From assembly GCA_965202805.1 (NCBI GenBank), contig OZ241869.1, positions 1 through 64,000 on the forward strand: a stretch of 64,000 bases of DNA, in the 5' to 3' direction. This DNA is from Longimicrobiales bacterium (GTDB taxonomy: Bacteria > Gemmatimonadota > Gemmatimonadetes > Longimicrobiales > Gaopeijiaceae). Positions 1-9,933 of the stretch are shown here, piece by piece (the first letter of the stretch is position 1; every line of letters begins with the position of its first letter). The notes under the pieces were generated by a model that searched no databases, was not told the DNA's origin, and saw nothing but the letters and a program-made list of their open reading frames with translations. The position numbers and the translations under genes were made by a program.

Positions 1-330
1 GAGCTGTTTCGCGCGATGAGCGGCACCCCGCTCGACTTCCTGAATCAGCGCTCGATGGTGCGCATCGTGACCTGTCCCCCCGGGGCCCTGAGCAGCCGAT
101 GCGTGTATCGGCGGGGATACGCCATCGAACCCTGGGTCTATGTGGACGAGGCGCTCGCGTGGGGAGGGCTCGACGAGCTGGAGACCTATGCCGTCTCGGA
201 CATCTATCTGATGGAAGTCTTTTCCTGGGGCTCCGAAATCCGGATCTACACCAATCAGTTCATGGAGCAGATGGCCCGCAAGCCGATCATGCCGATTCCG
301 CTGAACCTCTGGACCCGGCCGGCGCGGTGA
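1..330 (+). CDS. 3' part of a hypothetical protein, truncated by the window start; TonB-plug-like C-terminus
   Basis: Frame 1 is open from base 1 to TGA 330. The segment 'PWVYVDEA..GGLDEL....SDIYLMEVF...EIRIYT' resembles degenerate plug domains. Confidence 0.5.
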   Translation, partial: ELFRAMSGTPLDFLNQRSMVRIVTCPPGALSSRCVYRRGYAIEPWVYVDEALAWGGLDELETYAVSDIYLMEVFSWGSEIRIYTNQFMEQMARKPIMPIPLNLWTRPAR

Positions 331-361
331 AGTGAAATGTCCATCCAGATGTGAGGTGCGT

Positions 362-1645
362 ATGTACGGAGCCAGGAATCAGATGCGTGCGGTGGGGATT
401 CCGGCCGCCTTGTTGTCCCTGAGCCTGGCGTTGTCCGCGTGTGCGGATGCGCCGGGGACCGGCAGTTCCGATGCAGTCGTCTTCGAGGGCGCGCGCGTGA
501 TCGTCGGCGACGGGGGCGTGATCGAGAATGCGGTCTTCGTCGTGGAGGATGGCCGCTTTGCGGCGGTCGGCGGGGCGGGAGAGGTGGAGGCGCCCGCCGG
601 GGCCGCCCACATGGATCTCGCCGGCAAGACGGTCATGCCGGCGATCGTGAACGCCCACATCCACCTGGCTTCCGACCGCGAGACGCGCACCGACCAGCTG
701 CAGCACTACGCGTACTACGGCCAGTCCATGCTGGTGAGCCTGGGGACGGAGGAGGGGAACGTCGGCTTGCAGATGCGCGGCGAAGTGGTGCCCGACGGCG
801 CCCGCTCGCAGAGCGCGGGGCGGGGCATCACCTCTCCGGAGCCGGGCCGCAGCGAGGTGCCGCACTGGGTGACCACCGAGGAGGAGGCGCGCGCGGCCGT
901 GCGGGAGCTCGCCGCCGACCAGGTGGACATCGTGAAGATCTGGGTGGACGACCGGAGCGGCCAGTACGAACGGCTCTCCGCCGAGCTGTACGAGGCCGTG
1001 ATCGACGAGGCGCACGCCAACGGCCTGCGCGTGACCGCCCACGTCTTCACGCTCGATGACGCGAAGGGGCTGCTGAGGGCCGGCGTGGACGCGTTCGCGC
1101 ACGGCATTCGCGACATGGACGTCGACGACGAACTGATCGCGCTCTGGCTGGAGCGTCCGAACGTGGTGCTGGTCCCCAACCTGCCCGCGCCCGGGGTGGC
1201 GGAGGACATGGGCTGGCTGGCGGGGTCGGTGCCGGCGGCCCAGGTCGAGCTGATGCAGACCAACTCGTTCGACCGGCCGGAGCTGCAGGAGTTCTTCGGC
1301 ATCCAGGCGCGCAACCTGAACCGGCTCAGCCAGGAGGGCATCACCATCTCCTTCGGCACCGACGGCAGCTCGCCCTGGGCCGCGCACCAGGAGCTGGCCG
1401 ACATGGTGCGGAGCGGGATGAGCCCGGCGGACGTGCTCGTGGCGGCCACCAGCACCTCCGCTGAATTCGTCGGCATCGACGACCTGGGGACGGTGGCGGC
1501 GGGCAAGAGCGCCGACTTCATCGTGCTCGATGCCAATCCGCTCGACGACATCACCAACACGCGCATGATCGACGCGGTGTACCTGCGCGGCGCGGCGATG
1601 GACCGCGACGGGCTGGGCGCGCGCTTCCGGGGGACGGGTCAGTAG
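362..1645 (+). CDS. Amidohydrolase family lipoprotein (Amidohydro_1)
   Basis: GAGGT RBS before ATG 362; lipobox LALSAC; metal motifs HIH, VKIW, TAH, FAHG, GTD; C-terminal GTVAAGKSADFIVLDANPLDDI. Confidence 0.85.
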   Translation: MYGARNQMRAVGIPAALLSLSLALSACADAPGTGSSDAVVFEGARVIVGDGGVIENAVFVVEDGRFAAVGGAGEVEAPAGAAHMDLAGKTVMPAIVNAHIHLASDRETRTDQLQHYAYYGQSMLVSLGTEEGNVGLQMRGEVVPDGARSQSAGRGITSPEPGRSEVPHWVTTEEEARAAVRELAADQVDIVKIWVDDRSGQYERLSAELYEAVIDEAHANGLRVTAHVFTLDDAKGLLRAGVDAFAHGIRDMDVDDELIALWLERPNVVLVPNLPAPGVAEDMGWLAGSVPAAQVELMQTNSFDRPELQEFFGIQARNLNRLSQEGITISFGTDGSSPWAAHQELADMVRSGMSPADVLVAATSTSAEFVGIDDLGTVAAGKSADFIVLDANPLDDITNTRMIDAVYLRGAAMDRDGLGARFRGTGQ

Positions 1646-1770
1646 CGACCGACTTCGAAGGAGCCTGTTCGCTCCTCACGGGGGCGCTCGCCGGCGGGAC
1701 CCGGCGCGAGATCCTGCGCGCCTGTTCGCCGGACGGGGGCGCGAAGGGGCTCGAGCGGCTGCGGGGCGGG

Positions 1771-3141
1771 ATGCGCGCCCATGTCTTCCGGGGGCGTTTT
1801 GCGCCGCTCGTGCTCGACGGCTTCGTGCGCGACTTCGACGTGCGCACCCGCGAGGAGGGATTCCACGTCCTGCACTCGTGGAACCACCTGGAGCACCACT
1901 TCACCCGGGAGAACACCCCGGTGCTCATGCTCGACCGCTTCGCGCAGGAATGGTCGGCGGCGCGGGCCACGCCGCGCGTCCAGGCGCTCCTCCTGGATCA
2001 CTACTTCTTCTATGTGCTGGCGCTGATGGTCATGCGCGCGTGGGACGAAGGCGATCCCAACCGGAATCTGGACCGCATCACCGGGCTGCTCCGCCACCTG
2101 CAGGGCCCTCACGGGAGCGGACACCAGTTCGTGGCGCGTGCGGAGACCCTGCTGCTGATGGCCATCTCCCACTTCCACCCGGACGAGCGCGCCTATCCCC
2201 GGCTGCTGGAGAGGATCCGCACCCTGGACCGCGCGCACCGGGTGCACTTCGCGCTGGCCGAGGCGGCGATTCTGGGAAGCCACCTGCGGTGGGGATTCGC
2301 GGTGCTCTACCGGCGCGACCTGGGGCGCATGCGCAGCGACAACATGGGCGACTATCCGTGGCTGCTCTTCTCGGTCGCGACGCTCATGGAGGAGTACGTG
2401 CGGCTGCGCGAGGAAGACGCGGGAGCGTCCGGAGCCAGTGACGCGGCCGGGACCGAGGAAGGCGATCCGGGAGGGGCGGCTGCGGGCCGCATCTCGGGAG
2501 GCGCGGATGCGGACCCCGCCGGTGATCGGCGCACCCGCGTGCTCGAGGGCCTCATCGATGGCCTGACCCCGGACCCCTGGGCCTTCGCGGGCGCGCCCCC
2601 AGAGGCCCTGCGGCCCTACGAAGAGGAGCATTCGGGCCTCCGCGAGGCCTTCGCGGAGCACCGGGACGACCTGCTGGAGGAGTTCGCCCGGCTGCGTCCC
2701 CGGAAGGGGGCCTACTCGCCGCTCTCGTACCACTGCAACTTCCCCCACAACGCCATCATGGCGAAGGTCTCGATCCAGCTCGCGGACGAGAACGCCCCCA
2801 ACCTGCCGATGGACGCGATGTTCACGCGCGCGGAGGCCTGGCGGCCGGCGGAACAGGGGGCGCTGGCCTCGGGTGTGCCTGACGCGGTGGCGGATGCCGG
2901 GCAAGCTGGCGTGCGCGATGCCGAGGCGGCAGCAATGCCCGGGGACGAGTCGGATGCCGCCCGGGCGGCGGCGTTCATGTCCGCCGACCACCCCGAGGCT
3001 CTTGCGCGGTACCTGATGGCGTACTCCGGGGCGAGTCCGGAGCGGCTGGGGCGGCGCGGGGCACGGCTCATCATCTACGACCCCAACGTGGGGCTCAGGT
3101 ACTACAAGATGGCCCTCCAGGCGCTGCGTTCGGTCAGTTGA
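1771..3141 (+). CDS. Hypothetical helical protein; true start may be upstream near 1642
   Basis: 456-aa ORF with genome-typical codon usage and two Ala/Gly/Asp-rich insertions; TTGA overlap with the next gene. Confidence 0.7.
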   Translation: MRAHVFRGRFAPLVLDGFVRDFDVRTREEGFHVLHSWNHLEHHFTRENTPVLMLDRFAQEWSAARATPRVQALLLDHYFFYVLALMVMRAWDEGDPNRNLDRITGLLRHLQGPHGSGHQFVARAETLLLMAISHFHPDERAYPRLLERIRTLDRAHRVHFALAEAAILGSHLRWGFAVLYRRDLGRMRSDNMGDYPWLLFSVATLMEEYVRLREEDAGASGASDAAGTEEGDPGGAAAGRISGGADADPAGDRRTRVLEGLIDGLTPDPWAFAGAPPEALRPYEEEHSGLREAFAEHRDDLLEEFARLRPRKGAYSPLSYHCNFPHNAIMAKVSIQLADENAPNLPMDAMFTRAEAWRPAEQGALASGVPDAVADAGQAGVRDAEAAAMPGDESDAARAAAFMSADHPEALARYLMAYSGASPERLGRRGARLIIYDPNVGLRYYKMALQALRSVS

Positions 3142-3683
3142 CGACCTTCCGCCTCGCCCGAACGGGCCCGTCCCTCCTGGCGGCCGCCGCCTTCATGACC
3201 GGCTGCGGCCTTCTGCCGCCTATGAGCTCCGGCCCGCCCGGTTCCGGCCCCGACCCTGTCGGCAGCGACGCCACCAGCGAGGATGACGCCAGCGACCAGG
3301 TGGGTGTCGGCTACGGCACCCAGGACCGCGATGAACTGACGGGCGCGGTTGCCTCGGTGCGCGCCGAGGACGTCGGCAGGGAAGTGACGAGCATCCTGGA
3401 GCTCATCGAAGGCCGGCTGCCCGGGGTGACGGTGCGGCGCCTCGGGAACGGCGACGTCTCGATCCGGGTTCGCGGGGCTCCGTCGTTCATGGGAGGCGGG
3501 GAGCCGCTCTTCGTGATCGACGGCCGGACCATCATGGCCCCCGTGGGCTCCGCTCTGATGGCCATCAACCCGAAGGACGTCGTGCGCATCGACGTCCTCA
3601 AGGATGCCGGGGCCACGGCGATCTACGGAAGTCGCGGCGGGAACGGGGTGATCCTGATCACGACGAGGCGGGCGCCCGGGTAA
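3138..3683 (+). CDS. Stand-alone TonB-dependent receptor plug-domain lipoprotein
   Basis: Lipobox FMTGC; VGYGTQ..LTGAVASV, IRVRG, EPLFVIDG, DVLKDA.ATAIYGSRG.NGVILITT; no beta-barrel. Confidence 0.85.
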   Translation: MTTFRLARTGPSLLAAAAFMTGCGLLPPMSSGPPGSGPDPVGSDATSEDDASDQVGVGYGTQDRDELTGAVASVRAEDVGREVTSILELIEGRLPGVTVRRLGNGDVSIRVRGAPSFMGGGEPLFVIDGRTIMAPVGSALMAINPKDVVRIDVLKDAGATAIYGSRGGNGVILITTRRAPG

Positions 3684-3931
3684 GGGCCTCGCGCCTCACC
3701 GGGTTCATCAGCCGCCATCCAGCCGCCCCGCGGGTCATCTTCCGACCGGGGCCTCGTGGGCCGCGACGCGGCGTCCCGGAGGGACCCTTTGCTGGTGCGT
3801 TTCTTGCCTTCGTGCAATACGTTCTCATGGACGCCGCGACTGCCGGTCTGCGCGTGCCGTCTCCCCTCGTTGGGCTGCACGTGTCAGGTCCCGCCGCGGC
3901 CCGTGCGACTCCTCTCTCCCCTGGAGGCACT

Positions 3932-6900
3932 ATGCGAAGAATCCTACGAATCCCGATGGGTCTGCTCGCCGGCGTGGTTGCGGTGGCGCTGCCGCTCGAG
4001 GCCCAGGTCACCGGCACCGTCACCTCCGCCGAGTCGGGCGAGCCGCTCGCCACGGTGCAGGTCTCCATCGAAGGAACGGGTATCGGGGGCCTCACGAACG
4101 AAGAAGGCCGCTACCTCCTGATCAACGTCCCCGCCGGGCCGCAGATCGTCCTCTTCCAGTACCTCGGCTTCGAGACCGAGCGCCGGGAGATCACGGTCAC
4201 GGAGGGAGAGGCGGTGGTCCAGGACGTGACGATGACCGGGACCGTGCTCGGCCTGGACGAGCTGGTGGTCGTCGGGTACGGGACCCAGCTGCGCAGGGAG
4301 GTGACGGGCGCCGTGAGCTCGGTGCCGGGCGTCGAGATCGCGCAGGCCGCGGTGACGCCCAACCTGCAGACCGTGCTCCAGGGCCGGCTGGCCGGGGTCA
4401 ACGTGGCCGAGTCGTCCGGGGAGCCGGGATCGGCGCCGCAGGTCCTGGTCCGGGGACGGGGCTCGATTTCGGCGGGCACCGAGCCCCTCTACGTCATCGA
4501 CGGCGTGCCGTACTCGATGAACCTCGACATCGAGGGCGAGGTGAGCCTGCAGAGGGCGAGCTTCGGCGTCGTGCGGGCCAACCCGCTGGCCAACCTCAAC
4601 CCCAACGACATCGAAAACATCGAGGTCCTGAAGGATGCCGCGGCCGCGGCCATCTACGGCTCGCGCGGCTCCAACGGCGTCATCCTGATCACGACCAAGC
4701 GCGGGGAGCGGGGCGCGCCGCCGCAGGTGAGTTTCCGGGCCTACGGCGGAATGCAGACCGCGTTCAACCGGCCGCGCATGATGAATGCCGCGGAGAACAT
4801 CCAGTACGTGAAGGATGCCCGCAACAACGCCTACCTCCAGGGCCGGGATCCCATGAACCCGGCGAGCCCCAGCTACAACCCGAGCTACAATCCGGACACC
4901 AACGCCGGCCGCTCCGAGAACGGGGCGAGCGGATCGCAGATGATCCCGGAGGCCTACGTGAACTGGGACGGGACCGACAGCGACTGGATCGGCGCCGTCC
5001 TGGACGATGCGGTCCTGCAGAACTACGACGCCTCGGTCAGGGGAGGCTCGGAGAACCTCGCGTACTTCGTCTCCGGGTCCTACATGGATCAGTCGGGCGT
5101 GATCAAGGGCTCGAGCTTCCAGCGGCTCGCGCTGCGGGCCAATTTGACCCTGGATCCCAGCGACCGGCTCCAGTTGGCCGTGGATATCAACTCGGCGTAC
5201 GCGGACCACGACCGCAAGGCGGCCCACGCGCCCTATTTCGGCAGGCCGCCCGGCCTCATCTACTCGGCGATGGTGTCCTCTCCTCTCGCTCGCATCTATG
5301 ACAGCGACGGCAACTACCTGCAGCGGGGCGAGCACAGCATCAACGCGCTGGGCAACGGGATGACCAGCACCAATCACGCCCTGGCCGCCCGTGACTACAT
5401 CGACGACCAGCTGCAGACGGGGCGCGTGTTCGGAAGCGTGTCCGCGGATCTGGACCTGAGCGACAACCTGCGCTACCGGGCGCTCTTCGGTTACGACTAC
5501 GACACCAGCAACCGGCACTTCTACCAGGGGACGCGCCTGCAGTACCGGGGAAGGAACGTTCCCGACCCGTACTCCCAGGCCCTGTCGGGCCAGAGCCGCA
5601 ACTGGCTCCTCGAGAACACCCTGAACTACAACACGTCGACCGGCCCGCACAGCTTCAACGTCCTGGGCGGGTACACCGCCGAGCGGCAGTTCGACGGGGG
5701 CCAGAACGTGATCGCCCGCAACTTCCCGGACGACCAGGTCACGACCATCAACGGCGGCGAGATCACGGGAGGAGGCCAGGAGCAGTCGGAGTGGTCCCTG
5801 GTCTCGGCGCTCGGCCGGGTCAACTACACGCTGCTCAACCGGTATCTGGCGACCGCAACCTTCCGCGCGGACCGCTCGTCACGCTTCGGATGGGGCAACC
5901 AGACCGGCTACTTCCCGTCGCTGTCGCTCGGATGGCAGATGACCGAGGAGCCGTTCATGCGCGGGAGCACGCTCTTCAGCCAGCTCAAGCCGCGCGTCAG
6001 CTACGGCGTCACCGGGAACTTCCAGATCCCGAACTACGGCTCCATCGGCCTGGTGGGGCGCCAGCCGTACGTGCTGGGTGACGCGGTGGTCGCCGGCGCC
6101 ACCCCGCGGACGCTGGGCAACCGGGAACTCACCTGGGAGACCACCCGGCAGCTCAACGTGGGCGTGGACTTCGGGATCATGGCCGACCGCATCTACGGTG
6201 CCTTCGACTACTACGTCTCGAACACTGAGGATCTGCTCCTGAACGTGAACGTGCCCTCGTCCACGGGCTTCGCCACCGTCCTGACCAACATCGGCGAGGT
6301 GCGCAACAGCGGCTTCGAGGCGCAGATCACCTCTCGCAACCTGGTCGGAGGCTTCCAATGGTCCACCGACGTGAGCGTGGGCATGAACTCCAACGAGGTG
6401 GTGAAGCTGGGAGCGGAGGGAGACCCGATCCTGGCCGCGGGCGTCGCTGGCGTGCGCCACATCACCCAGGTCGGGGGCGAGATCGGCGCCTACTACGGGT
6501 ACGTGCACGACGGCATCTACCAGAGCGAGGCGGACATCGCCTCGAGCCCCACCGACTCGCGCAACGTCACGCCCGGGGACATCAAGTGGAAGGACGTCAA
6601 CGGCGACGGGCGCATCACCGCCGACGACCGCACCGAGCTGGGCAGCTACAATCCCGACATGACGTGGGGTCTGTTCAACCGCTTCGCCGTGGGAGACCTG
6701 GAGTTGAGCGTCTTCTTCCAGGGTGTGGTCGGACGCGAGGTCCTGAACCTCACCCGGCGGCACCTGACGGCGCAGGGCAACTTCAACGGCTACGGCAACC
6801 TGGTCGGCAACTACTGGAGGTCGCCGGAGGAACCGGGCAACGGCTGGGACCACAAGCCCGACCGCCAGGACCACGGCGGGAACACGAGGCCGTCCAACTA

Positions 6901-7165
6901 CCAGATGGAGGACGGCTCCTACACGAGCCTCAAGAGCATCACGCTGTCGTACAATGTGCCACCCGATCTGGTGGGCGGGATCTTCGGCCGGGCGCCGGGG
7001 AGCGTCCGGGTCTTCGGGTCCGTTAACAACGTGTACATATGGACGGACTACTGGGGGTGGAACCCCGAGGCGAGCGTCCAGTCGACCGGGCTGACCCCGG
7101 GCCAGGACTATGGGGCGTACCCGTTGATGCGGGCGTTCCAGTTCGGCGCCGAAATCGGATTCTAG
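3932..7165 (+). CDS. susC: SusC/RagA family TonB-linked outer-membrane transporter
   Basis: GGAGG RBS before ATG 3932; signal peptide; carboxypeptidase-regulatory-like N-domain; plug signature IEVLKDAAAAAIYGSRGSNGVILITTK; LTWETT; PGDIKWKDVNGDGRIT; terminal Phe. Confidence 0.95.
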   Translation: MRRILRIPMGLLAGVVAVALPLEAQVTGTVTSAESGEPLATVQVSIEGTGIGGLTNEEGRYLLINVPAGPQIVLFQYLGFETERREITVTEGEAVVQDVTMTGTVLGLDELVVVGYGTQLRREVTGAVSSVPGVEIAQAAVTPNLQTVLQGRLAGVNVAESSGEPGSAPQVLVRGRGSISAGTEPLYVIDGVPYSMNLDIEGEVSLQRASFGVVRANPLANLNPNDIENIEVLKDAAAAAIYGSRGSNGVILITTKRGERGAPPQVSFRAYGGMQTAFNRPRMMNAAENIQYVKDARNNAYLQGRDPMNPASPSYNPSYNPDTNAGRSENGASGSQMIPEAYVNWDGTDSDWIGAVLDDAVLQNYDASVRGGSENLAYFVSGSYMDQSGVIKGSSFQRLALRANLTLDPSDRLQLAVDINSAYADHDRKAAHAPYFGRPPGLIYSAMVSSPLARIYDSDGNYLQRGEHSINALGNGMTSTNHALAARDYIDDQLQTGRVFGSVSADLDLSDNLRYRALFGYDYDTSNRHFYQGTRLQYRGRNVPDPYSQALSGQSRNWLLENTLNYNTSTGPHSFNVLGGYTAERQFDGGQNVIARNFPDDQVTTINGGEITGGGQEQSEWSLVSALGRVNYTLLNRYLATATFRADRSSRFGWGNQTGYFPSLSLGWQMTEEPFMRGSTLFSQLKPRVSYGVTGNFQIPNYGSIGLVGRQPYVLGDAVVAGATPRTLGNRELTWETTRQLNVGVDFGIMADRIYGAFDYYVSNTEDLLLNVNVPSSTGFATVLTNIGEVRNSGFEAQITSRNLVGGFQWSTDVSVGMNSNEVVKLGAEGDPILAAGVAGVRHITQVGGEIGAYYGYVHDGIYQSEADIASSPTDSRNVTPGDIKWKDVNGDGRITADDRTELGSYNPDMTWGLFNRFAVGDLELSVFFQGVVGREVLNLTRRHLTAQGNFNGYGNLVGNYWRSPEEPGNGWDHKPDRQDHGGNTRPSNYQMEDGSYTSLKSITLSYNVPPDLVGGIFGRAPGSVRVFGSVNNVYIWTDYWGWNPEASVQSTGLTPGQDYGAYPLMRAFQFGAEIGF

Positions 7166-7171
7166 GGGGGT

Positions 7172-8599
7172 ATGACAATGAAGACGACAATACGAGCCAT
7201 TGTAATCCTGCCGATGGTCTTCCTCCTCTCGTCCTGCAGCGAGGACTTTACGCTGCTGAGCCCGATCTCCGAGCGGAACGTGGAGGACTTCTACCAGACT
7301 CCCACCGACTTCGACGTGGCCATCAACGGCGCCTACGCCACGCTAGCGAGCAACGGCGCCTACAACCGCTCCTACGTGCTCCTGCACGAGATGCGCTCGG
7401 ACAACACCATGAACGGGGGCGGCGCGACCGGCCTCGCGGAGGTGTACCATCGCATCGCGCACTTCTCGGAGCTGTCGACCCAGGAGGAGCTGTCGATTCC
7501 CTGGACGACGGCGTATCAGGGCATCGCGCGCACGAACCTGATCCTCGATCGGCTGGACAACCTGGAGGATCAGCAGGTGGCCAGCCGTATCCAGGGTGAG
7601 GCGCTCTTCATCCGTTCGCTCTTCTATTACCACCTCGCCGTGCTGTGGGGGAACGTGCCGCTGCAGATCGAGGCGGTGACTTCGCCCAACGTCGAGGTGA
7701 ACCAGGTGGGCGCGGACGTGGTCTACGCCCAGATCGCGGGAGATCTGGAGACGGCCCAGGGGCTGTTGCCCGCGTCCTACAGCGGGGCCGATGTCGGGCG
7801 CGCCACCAGCGGCGCCGCCAACACCCTGCTCGGCCTCGTCTACCTGACGAACGGCCAGTCGGCTCCGGCGGAGGAGGCGCTGCGCCGTGTGGTGAGCTCC
7901 GGGCAGTATTCGCTGTTGCCCAGCTACGCCGATCTCTGGGGCGTGGCCAACGAGAACAACGCCGAGTCCGTGTTCGAGCTCCAGTACAAGGCGGGCGGCA
8001 CCGGGACCGGAAGCCAGTTCACCGACTACTACACGCCGTTCGGGGGATCCGGCGGGGTCGGCGCCGGCAACGCGCCCCAGGTGCTCTCCCCGGGCATCGA
8101 CCAGATCCACTCGATGCAGTACATGATGGCTGAGGAGGACGCGCGCGGGATGGGCGGAACCTTCGCCGTCTCGGACGAAGGCAACGTCTACGTCAGGAAA
8201 TGGGAGAGCATCCCCTTCGCGCAGGCCGACGCGGACAACAACTTCCCCGTGTTCCGCTATGCGGATGTCCTGCTGATGCTGGCCGAAGCGCTCGGCGAGG
8301 GCGGTGACGCGTACGCGCTCATCAACCAGGTGCGCGCGCGGGCCGGAGTGTCGCCCATCGATGCCGGCACCTCGGGGACGTTCCAGGAGAAGCTGCTGTT
8401 CGAGCGGCAGCTCGAGTTCATCACCGAGGGCAAGCGCTGGGCCGATCTTCTCCGCTTCGGGGTCGCGCCGCAGGTCATGTCGAGCTTCGCGCCGCTGATG
8501 GCGGCCGGACTCTCGGCGGGGGACATCCGGCTGGTCTATCCGATTCCGCAGCGGGAGATCGACGTGTCACCGGGAGAGATGGTACAGAATCCGGGCTGA
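7172..8599 (+). CDS. susD: RagB/SusD family nutrient-binding lipoprotein
   Basis: Lipobox LLSSC; GEALFIRSLFYY, WGNVPL, FRYADVLLMLAEAL, INQVRARAG, ERQLEF..EGKRWADLLR, YPIPQ; directly after susC. Confidence 0.95.
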   Translation: MTMKTTIRAIVILPMVFLLSSCSEDFTLLSPISERNVEDFYQTPTDFDVAINGAYATLASNGAYNRSYVLLHEMRSDNTMNGGGATGLAEVYHRIAHFSELSTQEELSIPWTTAYQGIARTNLILDRLDNLEDQQVASRIQGEALFIRSLFYYHLAVLWGNVPLQIEAVTSPNVEVNQVGADVVYAQIAGDLETAQGLLPASYSGADVGRATSGAANTLLGLVYLTNGQSAPAEEALRRVVSSGQYSLLPSYADLWGVANENNAESVFELQYKAGGTGTGSQFTDYYTPFGGSGGVGAGNAPQVLSPGIDQIHSMQYMMAEEDARGMGGTFAVSDEGNVYVRKWESIPFAQADADNNFPVFRYADVLLMLAEALGEGGDAYALINQVRARAGVSPIDAGTSGTFQEKLLFERQLEFITEGKRWADLLRFGVAPQVMSSFAPLMAAGLSAGDIRLVYPIPQREIDVSPGEMVQNPG

Positions 8600-8637
8600 G
8601 GCTGGGCAGGGTGAGCTGACGCGAACCGCCGGCTGAC

Positions 8638-9933
8638 ATGGCTCGTGCGCGAAAGCACGCCGTGAATCGGCCCGTCACGGGCAGCCGGTCGCTTTCCGGG
8701 AAGGCCCTGGTCGCACTGAGCGCAGTGGGCCCGGGGCTTTTCCTGATCGGGTACAACATCGGCACGGGCAGCATCACCACCATGGGGATGGCGGGTGCCC
8801 GGTACGGCATGAACCTGCTCTGGGCGCTCGTGCTGTCGGGGATCTTCACCTACGTGCTCATGGTCGGGTTCGGGCGCCTGACGCTGGTCACCGGTCGGAC
8901 GGCGCTGCAGAGCTTCAGGACCGGCATCCCCAGGGTCGGGAAGGTCCTGGCGCTGTACGTGCTGGCCGCGCTGGTCCTGGGGGAGCTGGTCGCGCTCACC
9001 GGGGTGATGGGGATCGTTGCGGAGCTGCTCCAGGAGGGGATCCGGCTCGCCTCGCCGGGGGATGCGCTCCTGATCCCGACCGGCTGGATCGTGCTGATGG
9101 TCGCCAGCGCCATCTTCCTGATGCTCTGGTTCGGGCACTACCGGCTCTTCGAGAAGGTCCTGACCGTTTTCGTCATCCTGATGGTGTTCTGCTTCGTCGC
9201 CGTCTTCTTCATGGTGTCGCCCACGTACTCGGCGGTGGTCGCCGGCATGGTCCCGTCGATCCCGGACACGCCGGACGCCAGCCGCCTGGTCGCCGCGATG
9301 GCGGGCACGACCTGTTCGGCGGCGGTCTTCATCGTGCGGAGCACGGTGGTGGCCGAGAAGGGGTGGACCGCGGACGACCTGGGGCGCGAGAAGCGGGACG
9401 CGCTGGTGTCGGCTTCGGTGATGGTCTTCCTGAGCGCGATGGTTATGGCGGTGGCGGCCGGCACCCTGTTCGTGCGCGGCATGACCATGGAGTCGACGCT
9501 GGAGATGATCGGGCTGCTGGAGCCGATCGGGGGCGATCTGGCGGCTTTCCTGCTGATCGCAGGTATCTCCGGGGCGGGGCTGTCCACGGTGTTTCCCCTG
9601 GTGCTGATCGCGCCCTGGCTGGTCGCCGACTACGCGGGGTGGAAACGGGATCTGCGCTCGCGGTCGTCGAGGCTGCTGATCGGGCTTGGACTCCTGTTCT
9701 CCTTCGGTTCGGTGTTCCTGGAGCAGACGCCGCCCGTGCTTATGGTGATCGCCATGGCGCTGCAGGCGGCCATTCTGCCCGCAGTGGCCATCCCCGCGTT
9801 CTACCTGCTGAACCGGCGGGAGGTGATGGGGGAGGGGCACGTCGCCACGCCGGGATGGAACGCGGGGCTGATCGCGGTGATCGCGTTCTCGCTGGTCACG
9901 ACGTGGTTCGCCGTCACGGGACTCATTGGATGA
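8638..9933 (+). CDS. Nramp/APC-fold membrane transporter without the DPGN motif
   Basis: About 11 hydrophobic segments; N-terminal GPGLFLIGYNIGTGSITT..AGA.YG..LLW pattern of the Nramp family. Confidence 0.8.
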   Translation: MARARKHAVNRPVTGSRSLSGKALVALSAVGPGLFLIGYNIGTGSITTMGMAGARYGMNLLWALVLSGIFTYVLMVGFGRLTLVTGRTALQSFRTGIPRVGKVLALYVLAALVLGELVALTGVMGIVAELLQEGIRLASPGDALLIPTGWIVLMVASAIFLMLWFGHYRLFEKVLTVFVILMVFCFVAVFFMVSPTYSAVVAGMVPSIPDTPDASRLVAAMAGTTCSAAVFIVRSTVVAEKGWTADDLGREKRDALVSASVMVFLSAMVMAVAAGTLFVRGMTMESTLEMIGLLEPIGGDLAAFLLIAGISGAGLSTVFPLVLIAPWLVADYAGWKRDLRSRSSRLLIGLGLLFSFGSVFLEQTPPVLMVIAMALQAAILPAVAIPAFYLLNRREVMGEGHVATPGWNAGLIAVIAFSLVTTWFAVTGLIG

